Below, one piece after another: positions 1 through 11,229 of a DNA stretch of 64,000 nucleotides. Source of the DNA: Marsupella aquatica (lineage: Eukaryota > Plantae > Marchantiophyta); contig OZ316891.1 of NCBI GenBank assembly GCA_973895155.1, positions 778,143 to 842,142 of the forward strand, read 5' to 3'. Positions within the stretch are counted from its first letter, which is position 1. Each line of letters starts with the position of its first letter. The notes beneath the pieces were generated by a model, which did not search any database, was not told where the DNA came from, and saw nothing but the letters and a program-made list of their open reading frames with translations. Position numbers and translations under genes: made by a program.

Positions 1-349
1 CATTGGATCTCTCTCATCTTCGTGATGACCCCATGCCCGATGCTCTGCCGGTCCCCCCAGTCTACTGCCCACCCCATCGACGCCCTGGCTCCTCTCCCCA
101 CCCCATTCCCCCTCCACCCCTCCAGCATCCCCCTCCGGCCTCTTCATCCACGTCGGTTCCCCCCCACCTCCTGTCCAGTCGTTCCCTGCTCCCTCCCCAG
201 ACGAGCGTCCCCTGCATACTTGTCCTGAGTGTGGCTGGGTTGGCCTCTCCCTTCCTCATCACCGCGGGCGGGGCCGGTGCCAACGTCGCCAGCAAGCACA
301 ATCCCAGCCCCAGCCCCCTCTTGACCCAGTTAGCTCTGCCCCTCCTTCC

Positions 350-3280
350 TTGGAGGCTTCCGAGCAGGCATGGAGTTGGGTTCACTCTCTAGACCCCCTT
401 CCAGCCTACCATCTAGGGTACATTAGACCTCGCCTTTATAACCACATCCCACTAGCGTTGCGCCCATTAGTTCGGTCATCCTTGTTGCAACTCATGCAGC
501 TTATCTTGGCGCATCCTATCGAGGTCTCCTATTGGTCTTTACTCATGCTTTTTCCACAGTGGACTCTTACCCTCCCTAGTCACGGTGGTCGCATGGGTCA
601 TCGTGAGACTGCCTCTCGTATCCATCGTTTTCTGCGGGGAGATTGGGAACAGCTTCAGGAAGAGTACTTTCTTCGGGCCCGTTCCTTTACTACCCGTGCT
701 TTGTCTGACCCAGCTCGCCACTCTCATCCTCCAGAGCATAGACGTCTTCGTCGCTCTTGTCGTTTAGCCCAGGCTGGTGAATATCGCCGTGCGGTCCAGG
801 CCCTTTCTCCCACCACACCAGCCCCCCCTGGCGAGGTCACCTTGACGGCCCTTCAGGATCTCCATCCGCAGCCCTATGATCAGCTCCCTTTGTTCGTGGA
901 GGATTTTGAGCCTGAGGAGGATCTTCAGTTTAGTAGGGACCACTTCACCTATGCTTTCCTCCATGCTCCGCGTTGCGCGGCTGGTGGCCCCTCTGGCTAT
1001 GTCTTTGAGCATTTTCGTGATTTATTCCCCCCTGAGGATCCTCAGTCTGGTTTTCCAGTTTTCTTCTCCTTTTGCCAGTGTATTGCTGCCGGCCGTTTGC
1101 CTCCTCCCGTCTCTTGGCTTTTGAGTGCTTCTCGTTTATTGGCCATGGCTAAGTCTTCACCGGGTGTTCGGCCCATAGCTATTGGAGAGGTTTTTCTTCG
1201 TCTGGTGTCTCGCACACTTTCATCGTAGTATCGCTCTGCACTATCGGATCATCTCTCTCCACATCAGTTTGCAGTGGGCGTTCCTGGCGGTTGTGAGACA
1301 GTTATTGCGGGTATTCGTACTACCTTGGACCTCCACCCTGATTGGGTTGTCCTCCAGGTTGATGTCTCCAATGCTTTCAATGCGGTTTCTCGGGCAGCAA
1401 TTTTTCGTGCTTTGAGGGCAGCGGATCCAGACATCCAGTCCCTTATCCCCTTTGTCCGTTGTTTTTATGGGTTCGAGGCCCCCCTCTTCTATAGTCATCA
1501 CACCTCTACAGGAGAGTATACTACTCTTTCTTCTGTAGAAGGTACACGTCAGGGTGACCCTTTGGGTGGGCCTCTTTTTGCCATTGCCCATTTTACTGCT
1601 TTACGGGAAGCCTCCGCGGCCCACCCCCAGTGTATCTTCCCCTCCCTTTCAGATGACACCCACATCATTGGTCCACCTGTTGTTGTTACTTCTGCCCTCG
1701 CCACCCTTTCCACCCATTTGTTGGGCCTCGGTTTACGAGTTCAGCCGGTGAAGAGTTGTGCATGGAGTCAAGCTGGGTTACCCTCTGATCTTGCGCTTCC
1801 CCCTGGGTTCTTACGTCCAGCTGACGGTCTTCGGGTCCTTGGCTCCCCAGTTGGTACCGCCTCCTTTTGCTCATCTTTCATTGCTGACGCTCTCTAGGCT
1901 GCCTTAGCCCCTACTCCTATGCTCCCTAAGTTAGCAAACTCTCAGGCAGCATTTGGGTTGTTGTTGAGATGCATCCACCCTCGTGCGTCCTATATGGCTC
2001 GGACGCATCCCCCTACCGAGGATCTTTATCTACACCTCCGAGCGTTTGATGTCTCCATTCGTGAGACTTTGGCCTCTCTTTTAGGGCCAGGTACTTTGCT
2101 CTCATCTCCGTGGCTTCATCGACAGCTCAGTCTTCCTATTTCTCTCGGTGGTTTTGGGCTTACTTCCACTGAGCGCCTTGCACCTTTGGCCTTCTTGGGC
2201 GTGTGGGCGGCCGCCTTCTCATTGTTGACAGATCATTTCCTTACTGAGGATCGACCTTTTTTACTTTTGTTTCTCATGGAGGTCGAGGAGGGTTCCCTCC
2301 CATTTCAGGTTCATTTGCGCACGGCGCGGTCATCATTACCCGATCCTGTTCGAGCTGCGTTACCTTCATTCCAGGAGTTTTTATCCTTGGACCCCGTCCG
2401 TCTTCAGGCAGACCTTGCTGGGCGTATGCACGCTTTCACCCTTTCCAGCATCCTCACTGACGCACCTGACACGGACCGAGCTCGGATTCTTTCTTCCGGA
2501 GGGAAGGGCGCAGGAGGCTGGCTTCAGGCCAATCCAGTCATTCCTCACCTGTGGATGTCTTCAGCGGAGTTTGCGACAGCCATGCGTCTTCGTATGGGCT
2601 TGCCCCACCCACTTCTTGCTGGTTTCCCTCCTACTTGCACTTGTGGGAAGCCTTGTGATGCCACAGGTGTCCATCTTCTTCGATGCAGTTTGGGCGGCGA
2701 AACCATTTTTGTTCACGACGCTGTGAGAGATGCGACTGCTCAGGTTCTCTCTGGCTCTTTGGTCTGCGTGCGGCGGGAGGTGGTGCTCGAGTTACCTGGT
2801 CCTCCATCACAGCGGTTACGGGTGGATCTTACCATGGTCCGTGACGGTCATCGTACTTTGGCAGATGTAGTGGTGGCAAACCCATTGCGCCAAGACATCA
2901 TTGGGACAGCGGCAACAACGGCAGGGGCAGCAGCATCACGAGCAGCAACAACGAAGGAGGCCAAATATGCTGCACGAGCTTCATCTGATAGCTTCCTGTC
3001 CCTTGCTCTTGAGATATTTGGGCGTCTCCATCATCAGTTCGACGGGCTTCTTCGCCAAGCTGCTCGGGATGTTCACGGCCGGATGGGTCCCACGCTATCT
3101 GTTTTGACCACGCACTTTTGCCAACGCATTTCAGTCACCTTACAGCGTGCTCAAGCTCGGGCCGTCTATCGTCGATCTCTGACAGTGGGTGCTAGTGTGA
3201 CTCCGCAGCGGCTAGCCCCCCTAGAGGACATTCCTGTCCCACTTGCCGACCTAGTTTTGACACTTGATGTAGACCACTAG
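350..3280 (+). mobile_element. Degenerate CRE-like (R2-group) non-LTR retrotransposon ORF: reverse transcriptase + zinc knuckle + restriction-like endonuclease (RLE); element probably starts upstream of the window
   Basis: ORFs 350-1228, 1274-1897 and 1919-3280 share one frame, separated by two TAG stops. RT motifs: GVRPIAIGE, LQVDVSNAFN, GTRQGDPLG, PSLSDDTHI, LRVLGSPVG, LSLPISLGGFG. C-terminal motifs: CTCG..D..GVHLLRC, HDAVRD, RVDL..LADVVV, KEAKY, LALEIFGRL, typical of RLE elements. Confidence 0.88.
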
Positions 3281-3330
3281 CTTGTTGCCACATTTGCTAG
3301 GTATGATGAGGACCTCGGTCCATTTGCGGT

Positions 3331-3432
3331 AGTTTTAGTTCCTCTTTCTTGGTTTTTAGGGGTTTCCTTTTGCTCACTTCTTTTAGTTCCTCTTTCTTGG
3401 TTTTTAGGGTTTCCTCTTGCTCACTTCTTTTT
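3331..3432 (+). repeat. ~49-bp tandem duplication in the T-rich 3' UTR of the CRE-like element
   Basis: ttttagttcctctttcttggtttttaggg(g)tttcctyttgctcacttc occurs twice in tandem. Confidence 0.8.
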
Positions 3433-3779
3433 CGTTTTATTTTGTCCACTTGGGACCTCTCTTGTTTATTCTTTTGTACTCTATTTGGCCTTTTTCTGTA
3501 AAAAGTATGTGTATACTTTTCTTTGGGGTCCTGGTTCAACCCTCTCCTGGCCTGGGTCCCTGTCAAATCCTTGGATATCATCCCCCCCTTGTGGACTACC
3601 CTACACTGATGCATATTCCAAAGTAGAAAGTCTATCCTCTGTTGGATGGGTCTACTTTCACTTTCAAGGCAAAAATAGGCTAGTTGAGTCTATGGAACAC
3701 GTTAAATATTAGGTTACAGCAAATGTGCATGGGCTGGGCCAACATATTTTTTAACATTTTTCCTTTTTAGCCACTGTGG

Positions 3780-4127
3780 CTAATGGCAGCCCCTCTAAGG
3801 GAGTGGATGCTAGGGAATGTTCCTTATCAGTTTTGCTAGGGAGGGGATGCTTGGAATGTTCCTTATCAGTTTTTCCTGAATTAGTTCCTGACCATCAGAT
3901 ATCCCTAGAATTACTGATGACCATTAGATTCTGGCAAATGGTCATTAGCTCCATGACTATTAGATTCTGGCATCTATGACTTAGAGCTAATGGCCACTTT
4001 CCCATTAGCTCCATGACCATTGGCCACTTTCCCAAATGGTCATTACCTACTTCTGGCAAGTGGCCAATGGTCTACAAAGCATCTGCCAAGTTGGGCAAAA
4101 ATTTGCACCTAGAAAATAAGACTGCCC
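3780..4127 (+). repeat. Dispersed repeat, probable DNA-transposon (MULE-like) terminal region
   Basis: Blocks ctctaaggga / cagatatccctaga / ttagattctggcaaatgg / aaaataagactgc recur as a reverse complement at ~62822-63080, and partly at ~52480-52570 and ~40860-40930. Confidence 0.5.
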
Positions 4128-4989
4128 CATCGAGTTCCTTTCAAAACAATGGGCCTCGCCTTCTATTTTTTCCCCTGGGCCAATCAAATCTTTTCCTCCG
4201 TTCACCAACAATATACTCGCTTTGTCCAGAGAGTTGTTTGATGTTTATGCCTTTATGGAGCTCAGTCCCCGTTGGTGGACGTCTGTGCGCGTGCACATGT
4301 CTGTGGTAAGGGTCGAGCGAGCGTTGATCTCCATTATTGGTAGATTCCCGATTCCTCACTCTCCCGAAACGATTCTTAGCTTCACTGTCGATGTTCTTCA
4401 GCAGGATCCTGCGAGTTTCCCAATTCGGCTCAGAGAGTCGCACAGTCCGCCATTGGACTACCTGCATGCCCACGTGCTTGCTTGACCCTCTCCACACTTC
4501 ACGTTTGACGCTATCCTGAATGACTGAATCCTTCCATTCATTTTCTATTCCTGGGCCGCACACTCAGTGATGCCATATGGTATTTAACGATAGCTATGAA
4601 AAGCATTTATCTAGCCAATGGACCAAGTGTCAAGGTTTTACACGAAGTTGGCCCCTGGCTGGAGATAAGCTTTGCCATCCAGAGTATGGAATGTTCTGAA
4701 CAAGAGCAAAACAGATATCATCATATGATAGATATATATTGTGCCTGAGAAAACTGAATCTCATCGATATTTACCAGAATCAATGCTCTAAGAAAGATGC
4801 TTCGAATGCTCGTCAGCGCAAGTACCTTCATAATATCGAGAGTAGCTCAGGTATCCATTTTTTTTCGGAATGAAAGTACAGCCACGTCCTTCGAAAAGGC
4901 TCCGAGAGCTTATAAAGCATCATAAATCCCTTTGGGATCAAGAAGCAGAGCTTTGATTGCGTCGGTACTTGTGAGCCACCCTCACATCA

Positions 4990-5600
4990 CAGGACACAGG
5001 GGCGCTACTGCCTCGCATACGCCAGAGTACATTCCCGTCTTACTTGTTCATTTAGTCAGTGGGATGTGTACTATTAGTTTTTGTCACATTGCCCTTGAGT
5101 TAGCAGCACTTTTCCCTGTCACCTCGTTTTTTCCCTCACCTTTTTTTTGTATTGCACTTGTCGTTTTTTCCATTCACCTCTTTTTTTCTTATTGCACCTT
5201 GTTTTTCTTTTTCCTTGTTTGTCCATTTAATTAGGATATGGGATGTGGACCATTAGTTTTTGTCACATTGGTCCCTTCCACCTCTTTGTTTTTTAGGATT
5301 GCACTTGTTTTTCTTTTCCCTTGTTTGCTCATTTAGTTACAACATTGGATGTGGACCATTAGTTTTTGCCACGTTTTCCACACTAGCCCTTCAGTTCACA
5401 ACAAATTTTCTTTCTTTTTTCTCCTTGTTTGTTCATTTAGTTAGGACATTAGATGTGGACCATTAGGTTTTGTCACGTTTTCCACACTAGCCCTTGAGTT
5501 AGCAACTCTTTTCCTTTTTCATGATTGCACTTGTTTTTCTTTTTTCTTGTTTGTTCTTTGGACAAATTTTCCTTTCTCTTTTATTGCACTTTGTTTTTTC
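4990..5600 (+). repeat. Tandem array (about 4 units of ~105-185 bp) derived from the 3' end of a CRE-like retrotransposon
   Basis: The unit core gatgtggaccattagtttttgtcacatt (~5063, 5241, 5348, 5452) matches gatgtagaccactagcttgttgccacatt at the CRE ORF stop (3266-3294). Translations PEYIPVLLVHLV and TLDVDH* match the ORF end LEDIPVPLADLVLTLDVDH*. Confidence 0.75.
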
Positions 5601-6594
5601 CAAATTTATAAATTGTTTCGTCACAAGTTTCTCTCCATTTGGTTCACTTTTCACGAAGTAAACAAGCTCTCGTAGTAACATGAAAATTTGACCAGCGGGT
5701 CTTACAATTCAATTAACTGGATATATCGCATAGCAAAATGTTTGGTCACAGTGCGGCGAAGCAAGGGATGATTGCGAACTGGGATTTCGATAAGACATGT
5801 ATATCTTGTAATGTCGGCATGGTCGTTATTAGATGATCCGTTCGGGATGGATGATATACATTCTTTACTCGTTGTTTATACGATTTGTAAGCAGGAATTG
5901 ACTCGTTTGCAGCTTTCTGGTGTCGCTCTTCTTGGGCTGCCTTTAGTTTAATCGGAACTGTATTACTTGGCATGAACGAGATGCATGATGGATAGTGTCG
6001 TTGCCACACTTTTTTGACAAGCATGGAAGATCTTAATTGATGTCGCCTTTCCAGACACAGAAACTGACGAGAAAGGTCTGGATCTCCATCTTGAACGTGC
6101 TTCACACTCTTTGGAGTTCAGGACAAGAAACACATGGATCAAAAGTGGGATGTCTGGTGGTCCTGCAATGGCGTCGATAGAAGTGACGAATGAAGAGTGG
6201 CACGAACAAGTCATTCAGAAAAGAGCACGTCAGATTCGTATGGTTCATCGTGTCGAGGAGAACAGAGGCTAGGGTTTGGGGGGGCCGATTAGTGAACTGG
6301 TGAACGTTGTACCCTTCAAGGTGGATCGATTTGTGTTCAAGCTTGCGGTGTTTGAGTATCGCAGTATAGGGATCAGAACTCAGCTAACTTGCAATCGGTG
6401 GCACACTCTTCTTTTCAACTTCAACGTCTTGACTGAGGCTTGCCTCACGCAGTTACTCGAACCCGGTGCTACCGTTCTGGCAACCAATAGCATCGGAATG
6501 AAATGATTAGGGGCAAACGGCGCTTCTACCCTAGTAATCCTTTCTTCCTCAGCCAGTGAGAGTTCTTTCTTCCTTTCAGCTCACTTTATCAACG

Positions 6595-7626
6595 ATGCTT
6601 CGCAGGGCCTACGGATCAAACTGGTTTCGCATCGAACCAGTATCACCCCAGCCAACCAAACCGATTGTAGCTTTGCAGCTTGAGGATGTTGATCAGCAAT
6701 TGCAATCTTCTCTGTATGATGGGAAAATCCCACCAGAAATCCGGGAGCTCATCTTCGACTATGCCATGACCGAATACGTGGAATCCTTGTACCGGAAAGA
6801 CACGAACTACACTCGTCCCAATTTTCTCGGCAGGAAGAAAGTCTCCATCAATCTCCTCCTCATGTGCAAGCGATCGTATCTCGAGACCCGTCACCTCCCT
6901 CCCGTCAAGAAGACACACGCGTTCTGGCACGGCCGATGCCCACCAGGACAGCGTGACGAATTGGGCTACTTCCGTCGGTTTAAACCTGCCCAGCTGGCCC
7001 TCGTGAAGGAGATCCACCTCTTCACGCCGCAGTGGTGGCTGGAGGGGAAGTTCCACAAAGTTTGCAGATTGGATGTGTTGCAGGGAGTAGAGAAAGTGAA
7101 GATTACGCTCCGCAGCGGGGATTGGCGGTGGAATGAACAGAATGCTCCTCTGGCAATCACTCCCCAAAGGTCGGAGGCGGACGTGCGTTTGATGAAAGAG
7201 GATTGGAGGAGAGAGAAAGCGGGTGATATTGTGAAATGGGACCAGAACTGTTGGGGCTCCGCTTTCAGGCATATGAAGGGCTTGAAGGAGTTGGAGATGG
7301 AGTTCGAGACTCATGACCATAGGGCGAAAGAGCTAGACGAAGTTATGCGTCATGCAGTCAGGTGGAAATTTCCCATGGAGGACAGAAAGGTTTTGAGTGC
7401 TGACGGCCTCGGTGGTGTTAAGACGAGCAGCTGGCGAGGCCCTCCGTCTGCCTGGTCTAAATGTCCGAGCTGTGTCGCAAGAGAGCATGACTGGGAGGGA
7501 GACAGGGAGGGAGATTTGGATGAATCTCAATGTAAATTTTGCGAGAAGATGAAAGCTATAAAGAGAAGGCCTGGCCCAATGCTGATAATCAGGAGCTTGA
7601 GGTGGATGCTAACTGATGCCAACTAA
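6595..7626 (+). CDS. Intronless 343-aa protein resembling uncharacterised filamentous-fungal F-box-like proteins; candidate horizontally acquired gene
   Basis: Uninterrupted ORF (frame open from 6556, first ATG 6595, TAA 7624-7626). Motifs Q.QS.L.DGKIPPEIRELIFDYA, YTRP, LLLMCKRSYLE, HAFWH, IHLF..QWWLE, KITLRSGDW.WNE, WG.AF....GLKELEMEFET, WKFPM, WRGP and a CxxC..CxxC pair match a family I recognise from ascomycete proteomes. Confidence 0.75.
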   Translation: MLRRAYGSNWFRIEPVSPQPTKPIVALQLEDVDQQLQSSLYDGKIPPEIRELIFDYAMTEYVESLYRKDTNYTRPNFLGRKKVSINLLLMCKRSYLETRHLPPVKKTHAFWHGRCPPGQRDELGYFRRFKPAQLALVKEIHLFTPQWWLEGKFHKVCRLDVLQGVEKVKITLRSGDWRWNEQNAPLAITPQRSEADVRLMKEDWRREKAGDIVKWDQNCWGSAFRHMKGLKELEMEFETHDHRAKELDEVMRHAVRWKFPMEDRKVLSADGLGGVKTSSWRGPPSAWSKCPSCVAREHDWEGDREGDLDESQCKFCEKMKAIKRRPGPMLIIRSLRWMLTDAN

Positions 7627-9236
7627 TTGTCTCTGGTAGTTGCCATCGCTGTGATATACTGTTGATATGTTCGCACTGTTTTGTATATGATCGAGTCGTT
7701 AGGGAAGGAGAAATCAGCGAAATCAATTTTCCACTGACAATTTCTAGCCAGTTACAAGGGCATAGCAGACTTGAAAAGGTGCCCTTATTGTAAATACTGG
7801 CACAACACAGACGGGAATTCACTGTGATGTGATTTATGTCCATTTTCCCAACAGAGGATATCATTTTTTGCTGTCATAGCTGTGCAGGACCTGTCTCTCC
7901 CTTGCTCCTGTGTGCACTAAACTATACATTGAGATATATGTGACTTCAGTTCTCTAAATACCAAAGCGAATGCACAATGTTCAAGCTCCAATGAGACCCA
8001 AAAGTGGTGCAATGCGACTTTCAGGTGCCCTTGCATTTGCGGGCCCGTTTATCTGCTTAAACTCTATTTTCTGCTGTTGAGTTCCTCCCGGTTCTTTCAC
8101 TTACCCTTGGCTGAGAGGTCCAGTGAGGCCTCGAATTGTACAGTCTCATGTGACGCGTAGCGTGTATGACGAGCTGCAGACTCATGTGATCTCAGGGTAC
8201 AATGATGATGATTTTAGTGGACTCTAGGAACACAGCATTTTTGTATCCGCAAGTTCATGTGGGGATTAACAATCCTGACTGAAGACCGCGATGCAGACTT
8301 GTTCATTAAGCCTGGCTTGAACAAGAGATCATGAGTTCAGCAAAATTCTGGGAGTTAGAGTAGCAAATTCATAGGTTTTGAAAAAGAGAGGAGAATGGTT
8401 CTTGAAGCAAGAAGTCCAATAACGCTGCTCTTAGATCATCTGGAAGTAGTTCAGAACAGGGCAGAGCAACTTGGGAGCGCTGATCTGAGCTAAAAGTATG
8501 GAGATGAACTAAAAGAGACAGGAGATGATTGTTCGGCTTGAGATGGTCCTTCCAAAACGTGAGGCTCAGAAGACAGCGGACAGCAATCCCCGTGGCCCTG
8601 TCTTTGCTCGTGGGCAAGCAAGCTCAGATCAGCGGGGATGGAATGCCAATCACCTATGGCACGGTGCTGACACGATTTGGTTTCCATGTAATGACTTTTT
8701 GTACCTGAAGGATGGCGAGCACGAGCTTGATGCACTTGCAATGTCAGACACCAAAATGAGTACCTGGACGTCTTCTGTTTGAGCCAGCTAGCAGGCATAA
8801 AGGTGGGTGCCTTTTAAAATCCTAGCCAGCACCCAAGAACTGAGCATTGTCCTGTGTGTGTATGGAAACACTGCTTAGAGACGGTCTTGACGTATTGGGT
8901 TAAATGCTTTGAATCCCGTACAATCCTAATGGGAATGCCAATACACATTGGAAATCAGTCGTCTATATTTACTTTGCCTTTAAGAATAATTTGAACAAGC
9001 CCCTTCCAAACGAATTGGCCTCATTAGGGGTTTGTTTCCCTGGAGAGGCCTTGTTTCCCTAGAGAGGCCCCATCAAGTCATTTACTCAAGAGGACAGCCA
9101 CCGTGTCCCAAGCATTTCTACCAATGAGTAAATTTATAAACCACTGCACATGATCAAGTCACCTCTTAATAGTCACTGAAATTTGGCGTGACATAAGAGT
9201 TGTGGGGGTATATGCCAATTTTTTCGAGGCTGTTAT

Positions 9237-9580
9237 TGTTAGATATTGCTCTAGTCTTGTGACTCATGAGCTAACTACAGTTAGGCTAACTCGGGTTAGG
9301 ATTTAGCTATTGTTAGCGGTAGTGCTGTTGTGTATATAGTCAGGGCTGATGCCAGACCCTGGTGGACCTTAGGCTCATTGTTACGGAGCTAGTTGAGAGA
9401 TAGGGAGAGCTTGTGCGGTGGATGCTTGGTATGGCCGGTCGGCCTAGAGTGCAGTAAAGCTCTTGTGTGTTCCCGTGGACGTAGCCTCATGTGGAGGTGA
9501 ACCACGTATCTCTCTGTGTCGACTATTGTGCATTGGATGGTTCATGGGCTTGCCGTTACAAATGTCGTCTATGCTCAACA
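9237..9580 (+). repeat. 5' LTR of copia element 1
   Basis: Direct repeat of 15713-16056 with about 12 substitutions in 344 bp by manual count; TG...CA ends. Confidence 0.95.
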
Positions 9581-9582
9581 AG

Positions 9583-9594
9583 TGGTATCAGAGC
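9583..9594 (+). promoter_or_regulatory. Primer-binding site for initiator tRNA-Met
   Basis: TGGTATCAGAGC 2 nt downstream of the LTR end. Confidence 0.93.
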
Positions 9595-11229
9595 ATGCCT
9601 GGGAGGTGACGAGATTTTTTCGTGACAGTTATTTTCCAGCGTTCATTGTCGATGGTACATTCGGAGTTTCATCGCATGAAACTCGAATGTGTGTGGTTGA
9701 GCGGATAGGTTAGTGAGAGGGCTTTCTAACGGTGGTTAGAACTTGTTGATCGGTATCCGTGGTGCGGAGGAATTGAAGTTTGCATCATTCAGGGTTTATT
9801 CGTGTTCAACGGTATTTCGGGGAGAGACCAAAGTTTGTGTTTTTCAACGGTGTGAGCTGTGCAGTGCGGGAGGGGTCGCACATTATAGCTCAAGTTGAAG
9901 GTTGAAGCGAGCTGGTCGTTTCGGTAGCTGGATAGTTTCCGAGTTGTTACCGAGTGAGATGTGACAAGTGACGGAGGCGTTCAGGTTTTTTCACAAGCTA
10001 TGGAGCTTGTTCACATCTGAATCGGGTTTCTCTTTGTGACGTCCGACTCGGTGGAAGAGACGCAAAGTGCTTTGGCTCAACAGTTTGATCACAGCGAGGC
10101 GGTTGTTTTGAGCCCGGGATTGGCACTTGACGCGGAGTGAAGGCGTCGCGGCGGAAGTTGTTACTCTGTTGGAGCTGCAGACTATGCCGGTGAAATTTGG
10201 ACCGAAACATTCCCGTCGGCGGCGTTCACTTTACTCATTGGAAATGGCAACGGTTTAGGTGTGTAACTTGCCTTGTTTGTGGTTAAATTGGGCATTTTTT
10301 TGTGGTCCCTTTAAGGTGATTTTTTTGTGTGTACCCACTCGCTTACACCCGCACCAAACTCTATACCTTGCCCCCCCATTCGCGGCTGTTTTTTGCAGCG
10401 CCGGCTGGCGCTAAAATAGCCGCACCGACCCTCGGCCCAACTCGCAGTGTATACGGCTGCGAAGCAGCCGCCCGATTTTCTTTTGATCCCCTCCCGGCCC
10501 TTCGAGTGTATACCGGGGGGGGCTGCCTCCGGCTGGCCCTGCCTTCGCCCTGCCGGCACGCTCCCCTCCTCGCCCGACCATACTTAGGCGTACGCGGCTG
10601 CGTACATCCCCGTCTATGTACCCTAGGGCGTACCCGCGAGCTCCCCCTGTGCGGCCCCCTTAAGCCCCTGTCTGCGTATGCCCCAACCCCATACGGGGGT
10701 ATTTTCTATTTAAAGGGCGCTTTGCAACCCTTTAGGGCACTAATTTTTTAACTTTTTTTGCTTTTCTTGTTCTCTTGGTGCCGGGACCTGCCGCCCTCCA
10801 TTTTAACCGCTCCGACAGGGGGAACGGCCCCCTGTGAGACCTGTCGGACTGTGCGGGAATATTCTCAAAAAACAGAGAGCTATTTTTTGGCTATCCGACA
10901 AAGATTCCATCCGCCAAACGGTAACTTTTTTGGTTCTTTTTTGGCAAGGACTTTGCCACTAGAGTTAGCAACGCGGCGCACCAAACACATTGCAATTCCG
11001 ACGACGGGTTGTACTGGGTATTTTGGTTATTCTCCAAGGTGGTCAAAACAGGGGAGTTTCCCAAGGTTTTACCCACCCCGACCAAAATTTGAATAACTTT
11101 TTCATCAAATTTTGATTTTGATTTCGGCTTTCAGTATTGGACTCCTAGCTTTGTGGGCTACGCGGCGGTGTTGAGTTTTGAGTTTTATGAGAAGTTTCAA
11201 AAAAAGATATTTTTTTGTGATTATTTCAT

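Noticed and set aside
1-392. Pro/Ser-rich ORFs at the window start
   Set aside because: C-rich low-complexity sequence, probably the frameshifted N-terminal part of the CRE-like ORF rather than a separate gene.
6643-7320. 225-aa antisense ORF
   Set aside because: Shadow of the 6595-7626 coding frame, with no independent motifs.
9516-9713. 65-aa ORF spanning the LTR/PBS, also present in copia element 2 (41651-41845) with a frame-preserving 3-nt indel
   Set aside because: The nucleotide conservation is explained by U5/PBS constraints; two close copies and one indel are not enough to call a uORF.
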